Shown: in pieces, positions 1 through 9,551 of the stretch
Position numbering within the stretch: the first letter of the stretch is position 1
How the letters are laid out: each line of letters opens with the position of its first letter
Assembly (NCBI GenBank): GCA_036274295.1
Contig: DASUFZ010000341.1
Coordinates: 2,857-66,856 of the forward strand
Source: Myxococcota bacterium
GTDB taxonomy: Bacteria > Myxococcota_A > UBA9160 > SMWR01
DNA length: 64,000 bases
Direction of reading: 5' to 3'
Position numbers and translations under genes: made by a program
Notes under the pieces: generated by a model
The model's input: only the letters and a program-made list of their open reading frames with translations
What the model was told of the DNA's origin: nothing
Database searches by the model: none

Positions 1-761
1 TACGCGTGGCCGCGCCAGCGCTGCGGCAGGCCCGGCGGCACCAGGCCCTCTCGCTCGAGCCACGCCGCGAAGCCTGCGACGTGCGCGGGGAAGCCGTGCC
101 CGTCCTGGCGGCCGAGCCCGACGTTGAGCCAGTCGCCCTTGCGCACGACCCAGCCGTAGCCGCGCAGGTCGCGCTCGAAGTAGAGCGCCGGCAGATCGCC
201 GCGCACGGGGCAGCGCGCCTGCTGCTCCGGCGTCATCTCGAACTCGATCTCGCGCGCGACGACCGTGGTGGGCTCGTCGCGCCCCGGCCGCGCGCCGAGC
301 TCGCGCGCCACCGGGCAGAAGTGGCCCCCCGCGCCGACGAGCCAGCGCGTGCGGATCGAATCATTGGCGATCCAGTCCTCGTCCTCGCGGCGCAAGGATT
401 CGAGCGGCTGCCCGAGGCGCAGCGCGGCGCCGCTGCGCTCGAGCAGGAACGCATCGAGCTCGCAGCGCCGGATGCCGTAGCTGATGACGGCGCCGCAATC
501 GGCCGCCGACCCGGCCTCGCCGCGCCTCGCCACCGCGAAGCCGCGGATCGGCTGGAGCACGCGGCCGTTCTTGGCATAGTCCTCGGGCAGCACGTCGAGC
601 GCGCGCAGCACCGGCGGCGTGATCCAGCCCGCGCAGACCTTGTCGCGCGGGAAGCGCGCCTTGTCGAGCACGGCCACGTCGAAGCCGGCGCGCGCGAGCT
701 CGCGGGCGCAGCTCGAGCCCGCCGGCCCGCCTCCCACGACGAGGACGTCGAAGCGCTCCAC
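1..761 (-). CDS. FAD-dependent oxidoreductase, geranylgeranyl-reductase-like (C-terminal part lies outside the window)
   Basis: Absent from the ORF track because there is no stop in the window. Reverse translation from GTG at 761 gives VERFDVLVVGGGPAGSSCARELARAGFDVAVLDKARFPRDKVCAGWI..., a GxGxxG FAD-binding N-terminus. It starts 1 nt after the cfa stop. Confidence 0.7.
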   Translation of the reverse strand, partial: MERFDVLVVGGGPAGSSCARELARAGFDVAVLDKARFPRDKVCAGWITPPVLRALDVLPEDYAKNGRVLQPIRGFAVARRGEAGSAADCGAVISYGIRRCELDAFLLERSGAALRLGQPLESLRREDEDWIANDSIRTRWLVGAGGHFCPVARELGARPGRDEPTTVVAREIEFEMTPEQQARCPVRGDLPALYFERDLRGYGWVVRKGDWLNVGLGRQDGHGFPAHVAGFAAWLEREGLVPPGLPQRWRGHA

Positions 762-762
762 G

Positions 763-1983
763 TCAGTGCCCGGCGTAGAGATCCGCGCGGGTCAACGGGA
801 GCGCCGTCCCGTCGCTGCGCTCGAAGAGGAGCTGGAAGAGCTGGCACGAGCCGGTACGGAAGGCCGCGATCGACGACGCCAGGTAGAGGCGCCACGTGCG
901 CGCGAAGCGCGCGTCGTAGTGCGACTCCACCCACGGCACCTGCTTCTCGAAGCGCGCGAGCCAGTGCTCGAGCGTCAGCGCGTAGTGACGGCGCAGGTTC
1001 TCGAGGTCCGACACCACGAGCCCGCTCTGCTCGATCAGCGGCAGCACCTCGGTGAGCGCGGGGATGTAGGCGCCCGGGAAGATCGTGCGCTCGATCCACG
1101 GATTCATGCGCCACGGCCGCGCATGGCCGATGAAGTGGAGGAGCCCGCGCCCGTCGGGCTCGAGACGCGCGTCGATCAGGCGTCCGAGGTCGGCGTAGTG
1201 GCTCGGGCCGACGTGCTCGAGCATGCCGACGGAGACGAAGGCGTCGAAGCGGCCCTGCGCGCTGCGGTAGTCGTCCTCGATGAACTCGACGCGGCTGCGC
1301 AGCCCGCGCCGCAGCGCCGCCTCGCGCGCGAAGCGGATCTGCTCGGACGACACGTTGAACGCCTGCACCAGGACGCCGTAGTGCTCGGCCATGTGCAGCG
1401 CGAGCGCGCCCCAGCCGCAGCCCGCCTCCAGCACGCGCTCGCCGGGGCGCAGGCGCAGCTTGCGGCACACGTGGTCGAGCTTCGCGCGCTGCGCCTCCTC
1501 GAGCGAGAGGCGCGGATCCTCGAAGTACGCGCACGTGTAGACGAGATCCGCGTCGAGCCAGCGCGCGTAGAAGTCGTTGCCGAGGTCGTAGTGGTGATGG
1601 ACGTTGGCGCGCGAACGCCGCGGCGTGTTGCGCCTGCCGCGCGAGCCGAGGTGATCGAGCACGTAGCGTGCGGGGCCCGGCGCGTTGTAGGACGCGCGGA
1701 AGACGAGCTCGATCACGTGCGCGAGATCGCCCTCGACGTCGAGCCGCGCGTCGGCGTACATCTCGCCGAAGCCGAGGCTCGGGTTGCGCAGCAGCCGCCA
1801 GAGCGCGCCGGAGTCGCGCAGATGGACGCGCGCCGAAGCGCCGTCCCCGCCGATTTCCGCACCGTCCCACAGCACGAAGGCGACCGGAGGCCGTCCGACG
1901 GCGTCGAGCAGGCGGCGCAAGGCGAAGTGCGCCAGGAGGCTCGACCGCGGTCGGCCTGGCTCTCGCGAGAGTGCAACCGACAT
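763..1983 (-). CDS. cfa: cyclopropane-fatty-acyl-phospholipid synthase
   Basis: 406-aa ORF with HHYDLGNDFY, the SAM motif VLEAGCGWGALALHMAE, and a C-terminal RLYLASSIAAFRTG typical of the CFA/mycolic acid methyltransferase family. Confidence 0.9.
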   Translation of the reverse strand: MSVALSREPGRPRSSLLAHFALRRLLDAVGRPPVAFVLWDGAEIGGDGASARVHLRDSGALWRLLRNPSLGFGEMYADARLDVEGDLAHVIELVFRASYNAPGPARYVLDHLGSRGRRNTPRRSRANVHHHYDLGNDFYARWLDADLVYTCAYFEDPRLSLEEAQRAKLDHVCRKLRLRPGERVLEAGCGWGALALHMAEHYGVLVQAFNVSSEQIRFAREAALRRGLRSRVEFIEDDYRSAQGRFDAFVSVGMLEHVGPSHYADLGRLIDARLEPDGRGLLHFIGHARPWRMNPWIERTIFPGAYIPALTEVLPLIEQSGLVVSDLENLRRHYALTLEHWLARFEKQVPWVESHYDARFARTWRLYLASSIAAFRTGSCQLFQLLFERSDGTALPLTRADLYAGH

Positions 1984-2107
1984 GCTCTCGACGTAGCACG
2001 CGGGTTCGCGCGACGCACGACTCGCACCGTCGGAGGGCGACGCTCCCCGGAGGAACGCCGCTCTGCGTAGGCGTCGTGAAGAAAAGAAAAGCGCGTTGGA
2101 AGAAACC

Positions 2108-2914
2108 TCAGGCGGCGCGACGGCGCGCGGCCCGCTGCTCGACCCAGCGCAGGTACGCGCGCGGCGGCTGGAAGGCCAGCCAGTAGGTGCCGGCCGTCAC
2201 GAGTCCGAGGAGCGAGGAGATCATCAGCACGATCGCGCCGTGCGAGATCCGCTCCGCCTCCGAGAGCGTCGCGAGATAGCGGCTCGAGAGGGGACCCACC
2301 ACGACCAGCACGGCGCGCGCGACGGAGCCGATCCCCCAGAGCAGCATGCGATCCGCGACGACCGGCTCGGACAGGCCTAGCAGCACGCGGCGCCGGAGCT
2401 GCGCGTAGTAGCTCAGCGGCTCGAAGGCGACCCAGACGTTGCAGGCGAGCATCCCGCCCGTCATCACCCAGTACCAGCCGCCGTCGAAGCGACCGCGCGC
2501 GACGTCACCCGTCACCACCAACGCGAGCCAGCCCATCCAGAGCGCGGCGCCCGACGCCGTGGCGTACGCGAACGGCAGCCCGCGGCCGGGCCGGAAGACG
2601 CGACGCGTGAAGTGGAGCGTCGTCGTCAGGCCGGAGCACGACGCCGCGTAGCCGATGCCGAGAATCAGGAAGAGCGCGATCCGCGGCAGCCCGGCGCCGT
2701 ACTCCACCGAGACGGTGCCGATGCACGTCAGCAGGTAGCCGATGCCCATCGAGAGGATGAGGTGCAGGCCGAGCAGCCACTGCGTCCACTCGCCGGAGCG
2801 GCGGCCGCGCGCGTAGAGCAGCCCGCCGACGCCGAACGCGACCGCGAGATACGCGAGCTGCACGACGCCCGCGAAGACGCCGATCGACGCGTAGAGCCCC
2901 AGCATGTTCTGCAT
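2108..2914 (-). CDS. hypothetical multi-pass membrane protein
   Basis: ORF 2108..2956 is hydrophobic throughout with about 7 predicted TM stretches. Start placed at the ATG of MQNMLGLY (2914). No family recognised. Confidence 0.5.
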   Translation of the reverse strand: MQNMLGLYASIGVFAGVVQLAYLAVAFGVGGLLYARGRRSGEWTQWLLGLHLILSMGIGYLLTCIGTVSVEYGAGLPRIALFLILGIGYAASCSGLTTTLHFTRRVFRPGRGLPFAYATASGAALWMGWLALVVTGDVARGRFDGGWYWVMTGGMLACNVWVAFEPLSYYAQLRRRVLLGLSEPVVADRMLLWGIGSVARAVLVVVGPLSSRYLATLSEAERISHGAIVLMISSLLGLVTAGTYWLAFQPPRAYLRWVEQRAARRRAA

Positions 2915-3003
2915 GCACTTCGCCCCCGCACGGGCGCATCGGCCGTCCGGAGGCATCGCTTGACCCCAACGGGTACCGTGGGCCCCCGCACAGGAGTCAT
3001 GCC

Positions 3004-3462
3004 ATGGATGCGAGCCGGCTCGCGGACCTCGAGGAGATCAAGCAGCTCAAGGCGCGGTACTTCCGCCTGATGGACACGAAGCAGTGGGACGCCTGGGGCG
3101 ACGTCTTCTGCGAGGACTGCACGATGGATTCGGGCCCGCCGGGAGCGCCGACGGTGCGCGGGCGGCGCGAGATCGTGCCGTACGTGCGCGGCCACATCGA
3201 GCACGTGGTCACCACGCACCACGGCCACATGCCGGAGATCACCTTCACGGGGCCCGACACCGCATCGGGCATCTGGGCCATGTTCGACCAGCTGCGCGGT
3301 CCGGGCTTCGTGGTGGACGGCTGGGGCCACTACCACGAGACCTACCGGCGCGACGCCGACGGCCGCTGGCGCATCGCCAGCACGCGGCTCACGCGGCTGC
3401 GCGTCGAGAGCCCCGACCCGAACCTCGTCGCGGCGCTGTGGCCCGAGGGCCAGCGAAGTTAG
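3004..3462 (+). CDS. SnoaL-like / NTF2-fold protein
   Basis: 152 aa. The N-terminus LEEIKQLKARYFRLMDTKQWDAWGDVF is typical of SnoaL_4/NTF2-like domains. AGGAG lies 7 nt upstream of the ATG. Confidence 0.7.
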   Translation: MDASRLADLEEIKQLKARYFRLMDTKQWDAWGDVFCEDCTMDSGPPGAPTVRGRREIVPYVRGHIEHVVTTHHGHMPEITFTGPDTASGIWAMFDQLRGPGFVVDGWGHYHETYRRDADGRWRIASTRLTRLRVESPDPNLVAALWPEGQRS

Positions 3463-4644
3463 TTACTTCCGCCGGCGCGCGAGCGGGATGTCGTAGAGCC
3501 GGCTCCAGTTGTCGCCGACGATCTTCCGCTGCGTCGTCTCCGAGAACGGCAGCTTGCGAAAGGTCTCGACCGCGTGCGGGAACTGCGAGTCGCCGTGCGG
3601 GAAGTCGGTCGAGAAGACCAGGTTGTCGTCGCCGAACCAGTCGAGGTAGGCCTTGGCCGTCTCCTCGTCCGCCTCCACGGAGACCCAGCAGTTCGTGCGG
3701 AAGTATTCGGAAGGCTTCCTCGAGAGGTCGCGCGCCTCGTACCAGCCCGTCCACTCGTAGTGCTCGTCGAGGCGGTGCATCAGCCAGGGCGCCCAGGAGC
3801 AGTTGCCCTCCAGCAGCGCGACCTTCAGGCGCGGGAAGCGCTCGAGCACGCCGCCGCCGCAGAGCGAGACCGCGGCGGCCATGACGCCGAGCGGCTGGTT
3901 GAAGGTGTGCCAGAGCATCAGCCGGTCGCCGAAGATGTCGCCGAGCGAGAAGTCCGGCACAAGCGACGTGCGGCCGCCGCCGTGGAAGCCGATCGGGACG
4001 CCGGCGCGCTCGATCTCCGCCCAGAGCGGATCGTAGGCGCGGTGGTGCCAGGGGCGGCGGTTGACGCAGCCCGGCGCCAGGAAGATCGCCTTGAATCCGA
4101 GCTCGTCGACGCAGCGACGCACTTCGGCGACGGCCGAGGCGACGTCGTGCGGCGCGACCATGCCGGCGCCGAACAGCCGGTCCGGCGCTTCCTTCGCGAA
4201 ATCGTGCAGCCAGTCGTTGTATCCGCGCGCGATCGCGGCGGCGAACTCGGGCTCGAGGCCGTCGCAGCCGATCGTCTCGGTCGAGTCGAGCGCGAGCACG
4301 AAGAGGCCGCGCGTCGGGAAGAGCACCGCGAGGTCGACGCCCTCGCGGTCCATCGCATCGAGCTGGCTCGCGACGTTCCAGCCGCGCGCCTCGGCGCTGG
4401 CGTACGCCTCGTCCTGGTCGGGGCGCCAGCCGATGCCGCTGCGCCCGCGCTCGCGCAGCGGGCGCACCGGACCGCCCTTCAGCAGCACCTGCGACTTGAG
4501 ACGCACGCGGATGTCGCGGCGCAGATCCGTCATGCCGACGGGCGCGGCGTGCCGGAACTCCTCCGCGATGTAGCGCTGCCAGAGATCCGGCGGCTCGAAG
4601 ATGTGCATGTCGCTGTCGCAGACGACGAAGTCCTCGAACGGCAC
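3463..4644 (-). CDS. amidohydrolase-2 family metal-dependent hydrolase (ACMSD-like)
   Basis: C-terminal 394 codons of ORF 3463..4914. Starts VPFEDFVVCDSDMHIFEPPDLW and ends ...FSTDFPHGD. The GTG at 4644 is preceded by GAAGGAGA. The upstream part of the listed ORF is low-complexity. Confidence 0.8.
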   Translation of the reverse strand: MPFEDFVVCDSDMHIFEPPDLWQRYIAEEFRHAAPVGMTDLRRDIRVRLKSQVLLKGGPVRPLRERGRSGIGWRPDQDEAYASAEARGWNVASQLDAMDREGVDLAVLFPTRGLFVLALDSTETIGCDGLEPEFAAAIARGYNDWLHDFAKEAPDRLFGAGMVAPHDVASAVAEVRRCVDELGFKAIFLAPGCVNRRPWHHRAYDPLWAEIERAGVPIGFHGGGRTSLVPDFSLGDIFGDRLMLWHTFNQPLGVMAAAVSLCGGGVLERFPRLKVALLEGNCSWAPWLMHRLDEHYEWTGWYEARDLSRKPSEYFRTNCWVSVEADEETAKAYLDWFGDDNLVFSTDFPHGDSQFPHAVETFRKLPFSETTQRKIVGDNWSRLYDIPLARRRK

Positions 4645-4865
4645 GCGCGTCTCCTTCTCGGGTGAAGACGCGGCCAGCTTATCCCGCGAGCTGCGGATTG
4701 TGGTTCGGAGCGCGAAGGAGGAAGCGCGCCGGCAGCTCCGGTGCAGCTCGGGTCCACCACGGGGCAGATTGCCGCCGGCCCCGCGCAGATCGGCCATCTC
4801 CGCAACGGGCCTCGCGAAAGTCGTGCGATTCCCGTCGGCGCCAGACGGTAAGATGGAAGTCCGGC

Positions 4866-7274
4866 ATGAAGCGCTGGCTCCTATTCGGTTCGGCAGCTGC
4901 CGCCCTGTTCGCAATCGCGATCCTGGCGTCTGCGCTCGTGCATCTGCTCGCGCTCGAGGTGCCGAGCCGCGGCCTCGACCCCGCCGCGCGGGGCCCCTCG
5001 CGCATCTACGCGCGTCCGCTCGCGCTCCGCGTCGGCGCGCAGCTCGACCCGGCCGCGCTCGAAGATCATCTGATGGGGGCGGGGTACAGGCAGGTCGACG
5101 GCCGCCCGGAGCGCCCCGGCGAGTACGCGCGCGACGAGCGCCGCTTCTACATCGCGACGCGGCCCTTCGTCGACATCCAGGGCGAGCAGCCGGGCGGCAC
5201 GCTCCACGTGCGCATCTCCGACGACGCGCGGATCGCAGAGGTCAGCGACGCACAGGGCGAGCCGGCCGGCGAGCGCCGCATCGAGGGCGTCGTGCTCGGC
5301 GCCTTCTACGACGACGACGATGCGCGCGACCGCGAGCCGGTGCGCCTCGACGCGCTCTCCGAGGATCTCGTCGACGCGGTGCTCGCGATCGAGGATCAGC
5401 GCTTCTTCGAGCACGGCGGCTTCGACCTGCGGCGCACGGTCGGCGCGCTCATCTCGAATCTGCGCGCGGGCCGCATCGTCGAGGGCGGCAGCACGCTCAC
5501 CCAGCAGCTCGCCAAGAACCTCTACCTGAGCCGCGAGCGCACCCTGTGGCGCAAGCTCCAGGAGCTGCCGCTCGCGCTGCTGCTGGAGCTGCGCCTCGAC
5601 AAGCGCGAGATCCTCGAGGCCTACTGCAACGAGGTCTACCTCGGGCAGGCCGGCGCCGTCGCCATCCACGGGGTCGGCGCCGCGTCGCGACACTACTTCG
5701 GCACGGACCCCGGATCCCTGCGCCTCTCACAGGCCGCGCTGCTCGCCGGCATGCTGCGCGGTCCCATCCTCTACGACCCGCGGCGCGATCCGGCGCTCGC
5801 GCGCGCGCGCCGCGACGAGGTGCTCGACCGCATGCACGAGCAGGGCCGCATCGACGACGCGCGCTTCGCCGCGGCCGTCGCCGAGCCGCTCGGCGTGCGC
5901 GATCCGTGGTCGCCGCCGACGTCGACGCGCTGGTTCGTCGACGGCGTGCGGCGCGAGGCCCTCGAGCGCTTCCCGAGCGTCGCGCTCTCGCGCTCCGGCT
6001 GGCGCTTCGACACCACGCTCGACCTGCGCCTCCAGCGCCTCGCGGAGAAGGCCGTCGTCGAGGGCGTCGCGCGGGTCGAGGAGCGCTCGCCGAAGCTGCG
6101 GCGCGCCGACGTGCCGCTCCAGGCGGGCATGGTCGCGATCGAGCCGAAGAGCGGCGAGATCCTGGCGCTCGTCGGCGGGCGCGACTACGGCTCGGCGCAG
6201 TTCGATCACGTGCGCGAGGCGCGGCGCCAGCCGGGCAGCCTCTTCAAGCCGGTCGCGGCGCTGGCCGCGCTCTCGCCCGAAGGCAGCCAGCCGCCGCGCT
6301 TCACGCTCGCCACCCTGCTCGACGACGAGCCGTTCGCGCTCGACACGCCTCAGGGCCCCTGGCAGCCGGCCAACTACGACGCGAGCTACCGCGGCCCCGT
6401 CACCCTGCGCGAGGCCATCGAGGACTCGCTCAACGTGCCGATGGTGCGCCTCGGCCAGCAGATCGGCTCGACGCGCATCGTGCGCGCGGCGCGCCGGCTC
6501 GGCATCGAGAGCCCGCTGCGCGCGGTGCCGAGCCTCGTGCTCGGCACGTCGGAGACGACGCTCCTCGAGATGACGCGCGCCTACGCGGTGCTGGCGGCGC
6601 GCGGCTGGCGCGCGGACCTGCGCAGCCTGGCAGGCGTGCGCGACGCCGAAGGCGCCATCGTCCTCGAGGAGCCGCCGACCGGCACGAACGCGGCGGATCC
6701 CGCCGTCGTGCACGTGCTGACGTCCGCGCTGCGCGGCGTGGTCGACCACGGCACGGGCGCGTCCGTACGCGCGTACGGCTTCCACGGTCCGCTGGCCGGC
6801 AAGACGGGCACCACGGACGACTTCCGCGACGCCTGGTTCGTCGGCTTCACGCCCGGCCTGGTGGCCGGCGTCTGGGTCGGCTTCGACGACGGCGCGAGCC
6901 TGCACCAGTCCGCGTCGCGCGCCGCGGTGCCGATCTTCGGCGAGTTCATCGCCCCCGCGCTCGGGCGCCGTGGCTGGAAGGACTTCCAGCTTCCTCCTGG
7001 CGTCGAGGAGATCCGCGTGGTGGCGGCGCCGGGGCATCCGGCCGGCGTGCGCTGCGGCGGCGAGCCCGAGGTCTTCCTGACCGGCACCGGGCCCGTCGAC
7101 GGCTGCGATCCCTTCGAGTGGCTCGAGGCCGGCGCGTCCGGCATCGGCTCCTTCGGCGACTGGCTGCGCGAGCGCGCGTGGTGGCCCGGAAAGCATCCAG
7201 AGCTGCCGCCCGTCGGCGCGGGCCCGCCGGGCGCGCGCCGCGCCGGCGAGGTGCGGCCGGGCGCCCCTCGCTAA
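4866..7274 (+). CDS. class A penicillin-binding protein (transglycosylase/transpeptidase, PBP1B-like)
   Basis: Start at ATG 4866 (MKRWLLFGSAAAALFAIAIL, a TM anchor). GT51 motifs EDQRFFEHGG and GGSTLTQQL. Transpeptidase motifs SLFKP, SLN and KTGTT. The region between the TM anchor and the GT domain resembles the PBP1B UB2H insert. Confidence 0.9.
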   Translation: MKRWLLFGSAAAALFAIAILASALVHLLALEVPSRGLDPAARGPSRIYARPLALRVGAQLDPAALEDHLMGAGYRQVDGRPERPGEYARDERRFYIATRPFVDIQGEQPGGTLHVRISDDARIAEVSDAQGEPAGERRIEGVVLGAFYDDDDARDREPVRLDALSEDLVDAVLAIEDQRFFEHGGFDLRRTVGALISNLRAGRIVEGGSTLTQQLAKNLYLSRERTLWRKLQELPLALLLELRLDKREILEAYCNEVYLGQAGAVAIHGVGAASRHYFGTDPGSLRLSQAALLAGMLRGPILYDPRRDPALARARRDEVLDRMHEQGRIDDARFAAAVAEPLGVRDPWSPPTSTRWFVDGVRREALERFPSVALSRSGWRFDTTLDLRLQRLAEKAVVEGVARVEERSPKLRRADVPLQAGMVAIEPKSGEILALVGGRDYGSAQFDHVREARRQPGSLFKPVAALAALSPEGSQPPRFTLATLLDDEPFALDTPQGPWQPANYDASYRGPVTLREAIEDSLNVPMVRLGQQIGSTRIVRAARRLGIESPLRAVPSLVLGTSETTLLEMTRAYAVLAARGWRADLRSLAGVRDAEGAIVLEEPPTGTNAADPAVVHVLTSALRGVVDHGTGASVRAYGFHGPLAGKTGTTDDFRDAWFVGFTPGLVAGVWVGFDDGASLHQSASRAAVPIFGEFIAPALGRRGWKDFQLPPGVEEIRVVAAPGHPAGVRCGGEPEVFLTGTGPVDGCDPFEWLEAGASGIGSFGDWLRERAWWPGKHPELPPVGAGPPGARRAGEVRPGAPR

Positions 7275-9076
7275 GGCTGCGACGCGTGCCAGCGCGCGAG
7301 CTGCTGCGCCTTCCACGCGTGCAGGGCGCGCAGCGCCTCCGCATCCCCGGGGTCCGCGCCGAAGACGTCGCGGCGCTCGCGCGGATCGACGTCGAGCTCG
7401 AAGGCCTCGGGCGCGCGGTGGGCGAAGTGCGAGATGATCTTGCGCCGCTTGCCGATCTCCGCGAGGCAGCGCTCGCTGTAGAAACACGACGCGTGCACGA
7501 CGTCGTCCGGTCCGCGCGCGAACGCGTCCATGCCGTCCAGGCTGCCGCCCTCGAGCCGGAAGCCGAGCAGGCGCAGCAGGGTCGGCATCAGGTCGAGCTG
7601 CGAGACCGGGTCGCTGCGGCGCTCCGCCGGCAGCCCTTCACCGACGAAGAGGAGCGGCACGCGCAGGCCCTCCTCGTAGATCACGTGGTCGTGCAGCTTG
7701 CGCCCGTGCTCGCCGAAGGCCTCGCCGTGGTCGCCGACGATGACGAAGAGCGTGCGCTCCGCGAGGCCCGCCTCGCGGTAGAGCGAGACGAGCTGCTCGA
7801 GGAAGCGGTCCTGGTAGCGCACGGCATTGAGGTAGCGGTCGTAGCGCTCGTCGTCCGAGAACTTCTGCGTGTAGTCGCGCGCGGGCAGGCGGTAATCGTG
7901 GTGCGCCGCGCTCGTCAGATAGAAGGCGTAGAGGCGGCGCTTCGAGTCCTTCATGCGCGCCAGCCACGCGCGCGTCGGCGCGAGCAGCACATCGTCCTCG
8001 TAGGAGAAGTAGTTGACGGGCTGGAAGCTGCGCGTGTCGAGCTGCTCCGCCGTCGAGGTGACGGCGAAGCCGAGGTTGCGCGAGAGGCGGCGCCAGCGCT
8101 CGAAGCCGCCGACGTGCGAGCCGAAGTAGAGCGTCTGGAAGCCCTGCTCGCGCAGGAGGTCCGGCAGGCAGCGCACGGGCACGCCGTTCGCGCCGCTCTC
8201 GCGCACCTCCATCAACAGGTACGGCACGATGCCGCAGTTCATGGCGACGAACGCCTTCGAGCTGTGCGGCACGATGGCATAGGCGCGCTCGAAGACGGTC
8301 GCACGCGCGGCCAGCGAGGCGAGGAACGGCGTGGTGTCGGGGGCGCCCTCGGCGAGGCTCGTCGCGAACCAGCTCGTCGACTCGAGCGCGACCACGACGG
8401 CGTTCTCGAACGCGGGCTTTCCCGGCAGCAGCACCAGGCGTCCGTCGCGCGCGTAGAGCGGCTGCGTCAGCGAATCCCGCGGCGCAATCTCCACCGGCCT
8501 GCGCACGGGGCCGAGCGCGAGCTCGACGGGCATCGGCACGGCGACGGCGTCCGGCACGCGCAGGGGAAAGGTGAGCGCGAGCAGAGCCCCGGCCACGAGC
8601 CAGGCCGCCGCCGCGCGCGCGCGCACCGCGCCGAGCGGGCGGCGCACGATCAGCCAGGCGCGCCAGCCGACGAGCGCCGCCGCGAGCAGGGCCAGCGAGG
8701 CGAGCTGCGAGAGCGGCACCTCGGCCTGGATCAGCGGCCACACGGCGGTCAGCTGGCGCAGGGCGAAGGCGAAGAGGTGATGGTCGAGCGCGCCGCCGGT
8801 CTCGAGCGCGAAGGTCACCGCCACGCCCTCGAGCAGGAAGAGCGCGAGCAGCGCGAGCGAGAGCGCCAGCGAGATCGCCGCGCGCGCGCCGCGGCCGTGC
8901 CAGCGCGCGCAGGCGAGCCCCGCCAGCCCGAGCAGCGCCGCGAGGATGCCCGCGTCGGGCGCGAGCGCGTCGAGCAGCGCCAGCGGACCCGCGTCCATCA
9001 GCGCGCGCACGCGCAGCGCCTTCAGCGCGAGGCACGCGAGCGCGAGCGGCAGGAACTGGAGAAAAAGCCGCAGCAC
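7271..9076 (-). CDS. membrane-anchored sulfatase-like hydrolase/transferase (LTA-synthase family)
   Basis: 601 aa. N-terminal ~170 aa are hydrophobic TM segments. C-terminal alkaline-phosphatase-superfamily motifs include AIVPHSSKAF and VIVGDHGEAFGEHG. Confidence 0.8.
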   Translation of the reverse strand: MLRLFLQFLPLALACLALKALRVRALMDAGPLALLDALAPDAGILAALLGLAGLACARWHGRGARAAISLALSLALLALFLLEGVAVTFALETGGALDHHLFAFALRQLTAVWPLIQAEVPLSQLASLALLAAALVGWRAWLIVRRPLGAVRARAAAAWLVAGALLALTFPLRVPDAVAVPMPVELALGPVRRPVEIAPRDSLTQPLYARDGRLVLLPGKPAFENAVVVALESTSWFATSLAEGAPDTTPFLASLAARATVFERAYAIVPHSSKAFVAMNCGIVPYLLMEVRESGANGVPVRCLPDLLREQGFQTLYFGSHVGGFERWRRLSRNLGFAVTSTAEQLDTRSFQPVNYFSYEDDVLLAPTRAWLARMKDSKRRLYAFYLTSAAHHDYRLPARDYTQKFSDDERYDRYLNAVRYQDRFLEQLVSLYREAGLAERTLFVIVGDHGEAFGEHGRKLHDHVIYEEGLRVPLLFVGEGLPAERRSDPVSQLDLMPTLLRLLGFRLEGGSLDGMDAFARGPDDVVHASCFYSERCLAEIGKRRKIISHFAHRAPEAFELDVDPRERRDVFGADPGDAEALRALHAWKAQQLARWHASQP

Positions 9077-9104
9077 GGCGCGCGAGCGGCGCCTCGGTCC
9101 GGGG

Positions 9105-9530
9105 CTACTTGCCGCCGCCCGGCGGCCGGAACACGCCCTTCTGGTGCTCCCAGTAGGTGCGCAGCGACGCGAGCTTCCCGTCCGGATTCACGCGGTACAC
9201 GAACACGCCCTCGACGGTGTAGGTCGCGCCGTTCGGGAAGTGGTTCGTCAGGCTGCCGACGCAGGCGCACTCGTCGCCGACCGCGTACTGGGTGTGGTAG
9301 TCGAACGTGACGCGCGTACCGGGCGCGCGCATGATCACGTTGTCCCAGAACGCGGCGATCGCCGCCTTGCCGCGGTGGCCCTTGCCGGTGGGATCGAGCG
9401 GCGAGACGCCGATCGGATCCTCGACGATCGCGTCGTCGGCCCAGAGCGCCAGCCACTCCTCGCGCGCGCCGCGCGAGACCGCGGAGCGCGAACGCTCGCC
9501 GGCGATGCGCGCCGGATGATCCTGCGACAT
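9105..9530 (-). CDS. NTF2-fold / ketosteroid-isomerase-like protein
   Basis: 141 aa with REEWLALWADDAIVEDPIG...GKAAIAAFWD, typical of the SnoaL/KSI-like fold. GGAGGA lies 5 nt upstream of the ATG. Confidence 0.65.
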   Translation of the reverse strand: MSQDHPARIAGERSRSAVSRGAREEWLALWADDAIVEDPIGVSPLDPTGKGHRGKAAIAAFWDNVIMRAPGTRVTFDYHTQYAVGDECACVGSLTNHFPNGATYTVEGVFVYRVNPDGKLASLRTYWEHQKGVFRPPGGGK

Positions 9531-9551
9531 GGACTTCCTCCGCGCGCCATC

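Noticed and set aside
4601-9310. 1569-aa plus-strand ORF, the longest in the track
   Set aside because: The translation is almost pure Arg/Ala/Gly/Pro low complexity. It runs out of frame through the real PBP gene and antisense to the sulfatase-like gene. This is a typical high-GC shadow ORF.
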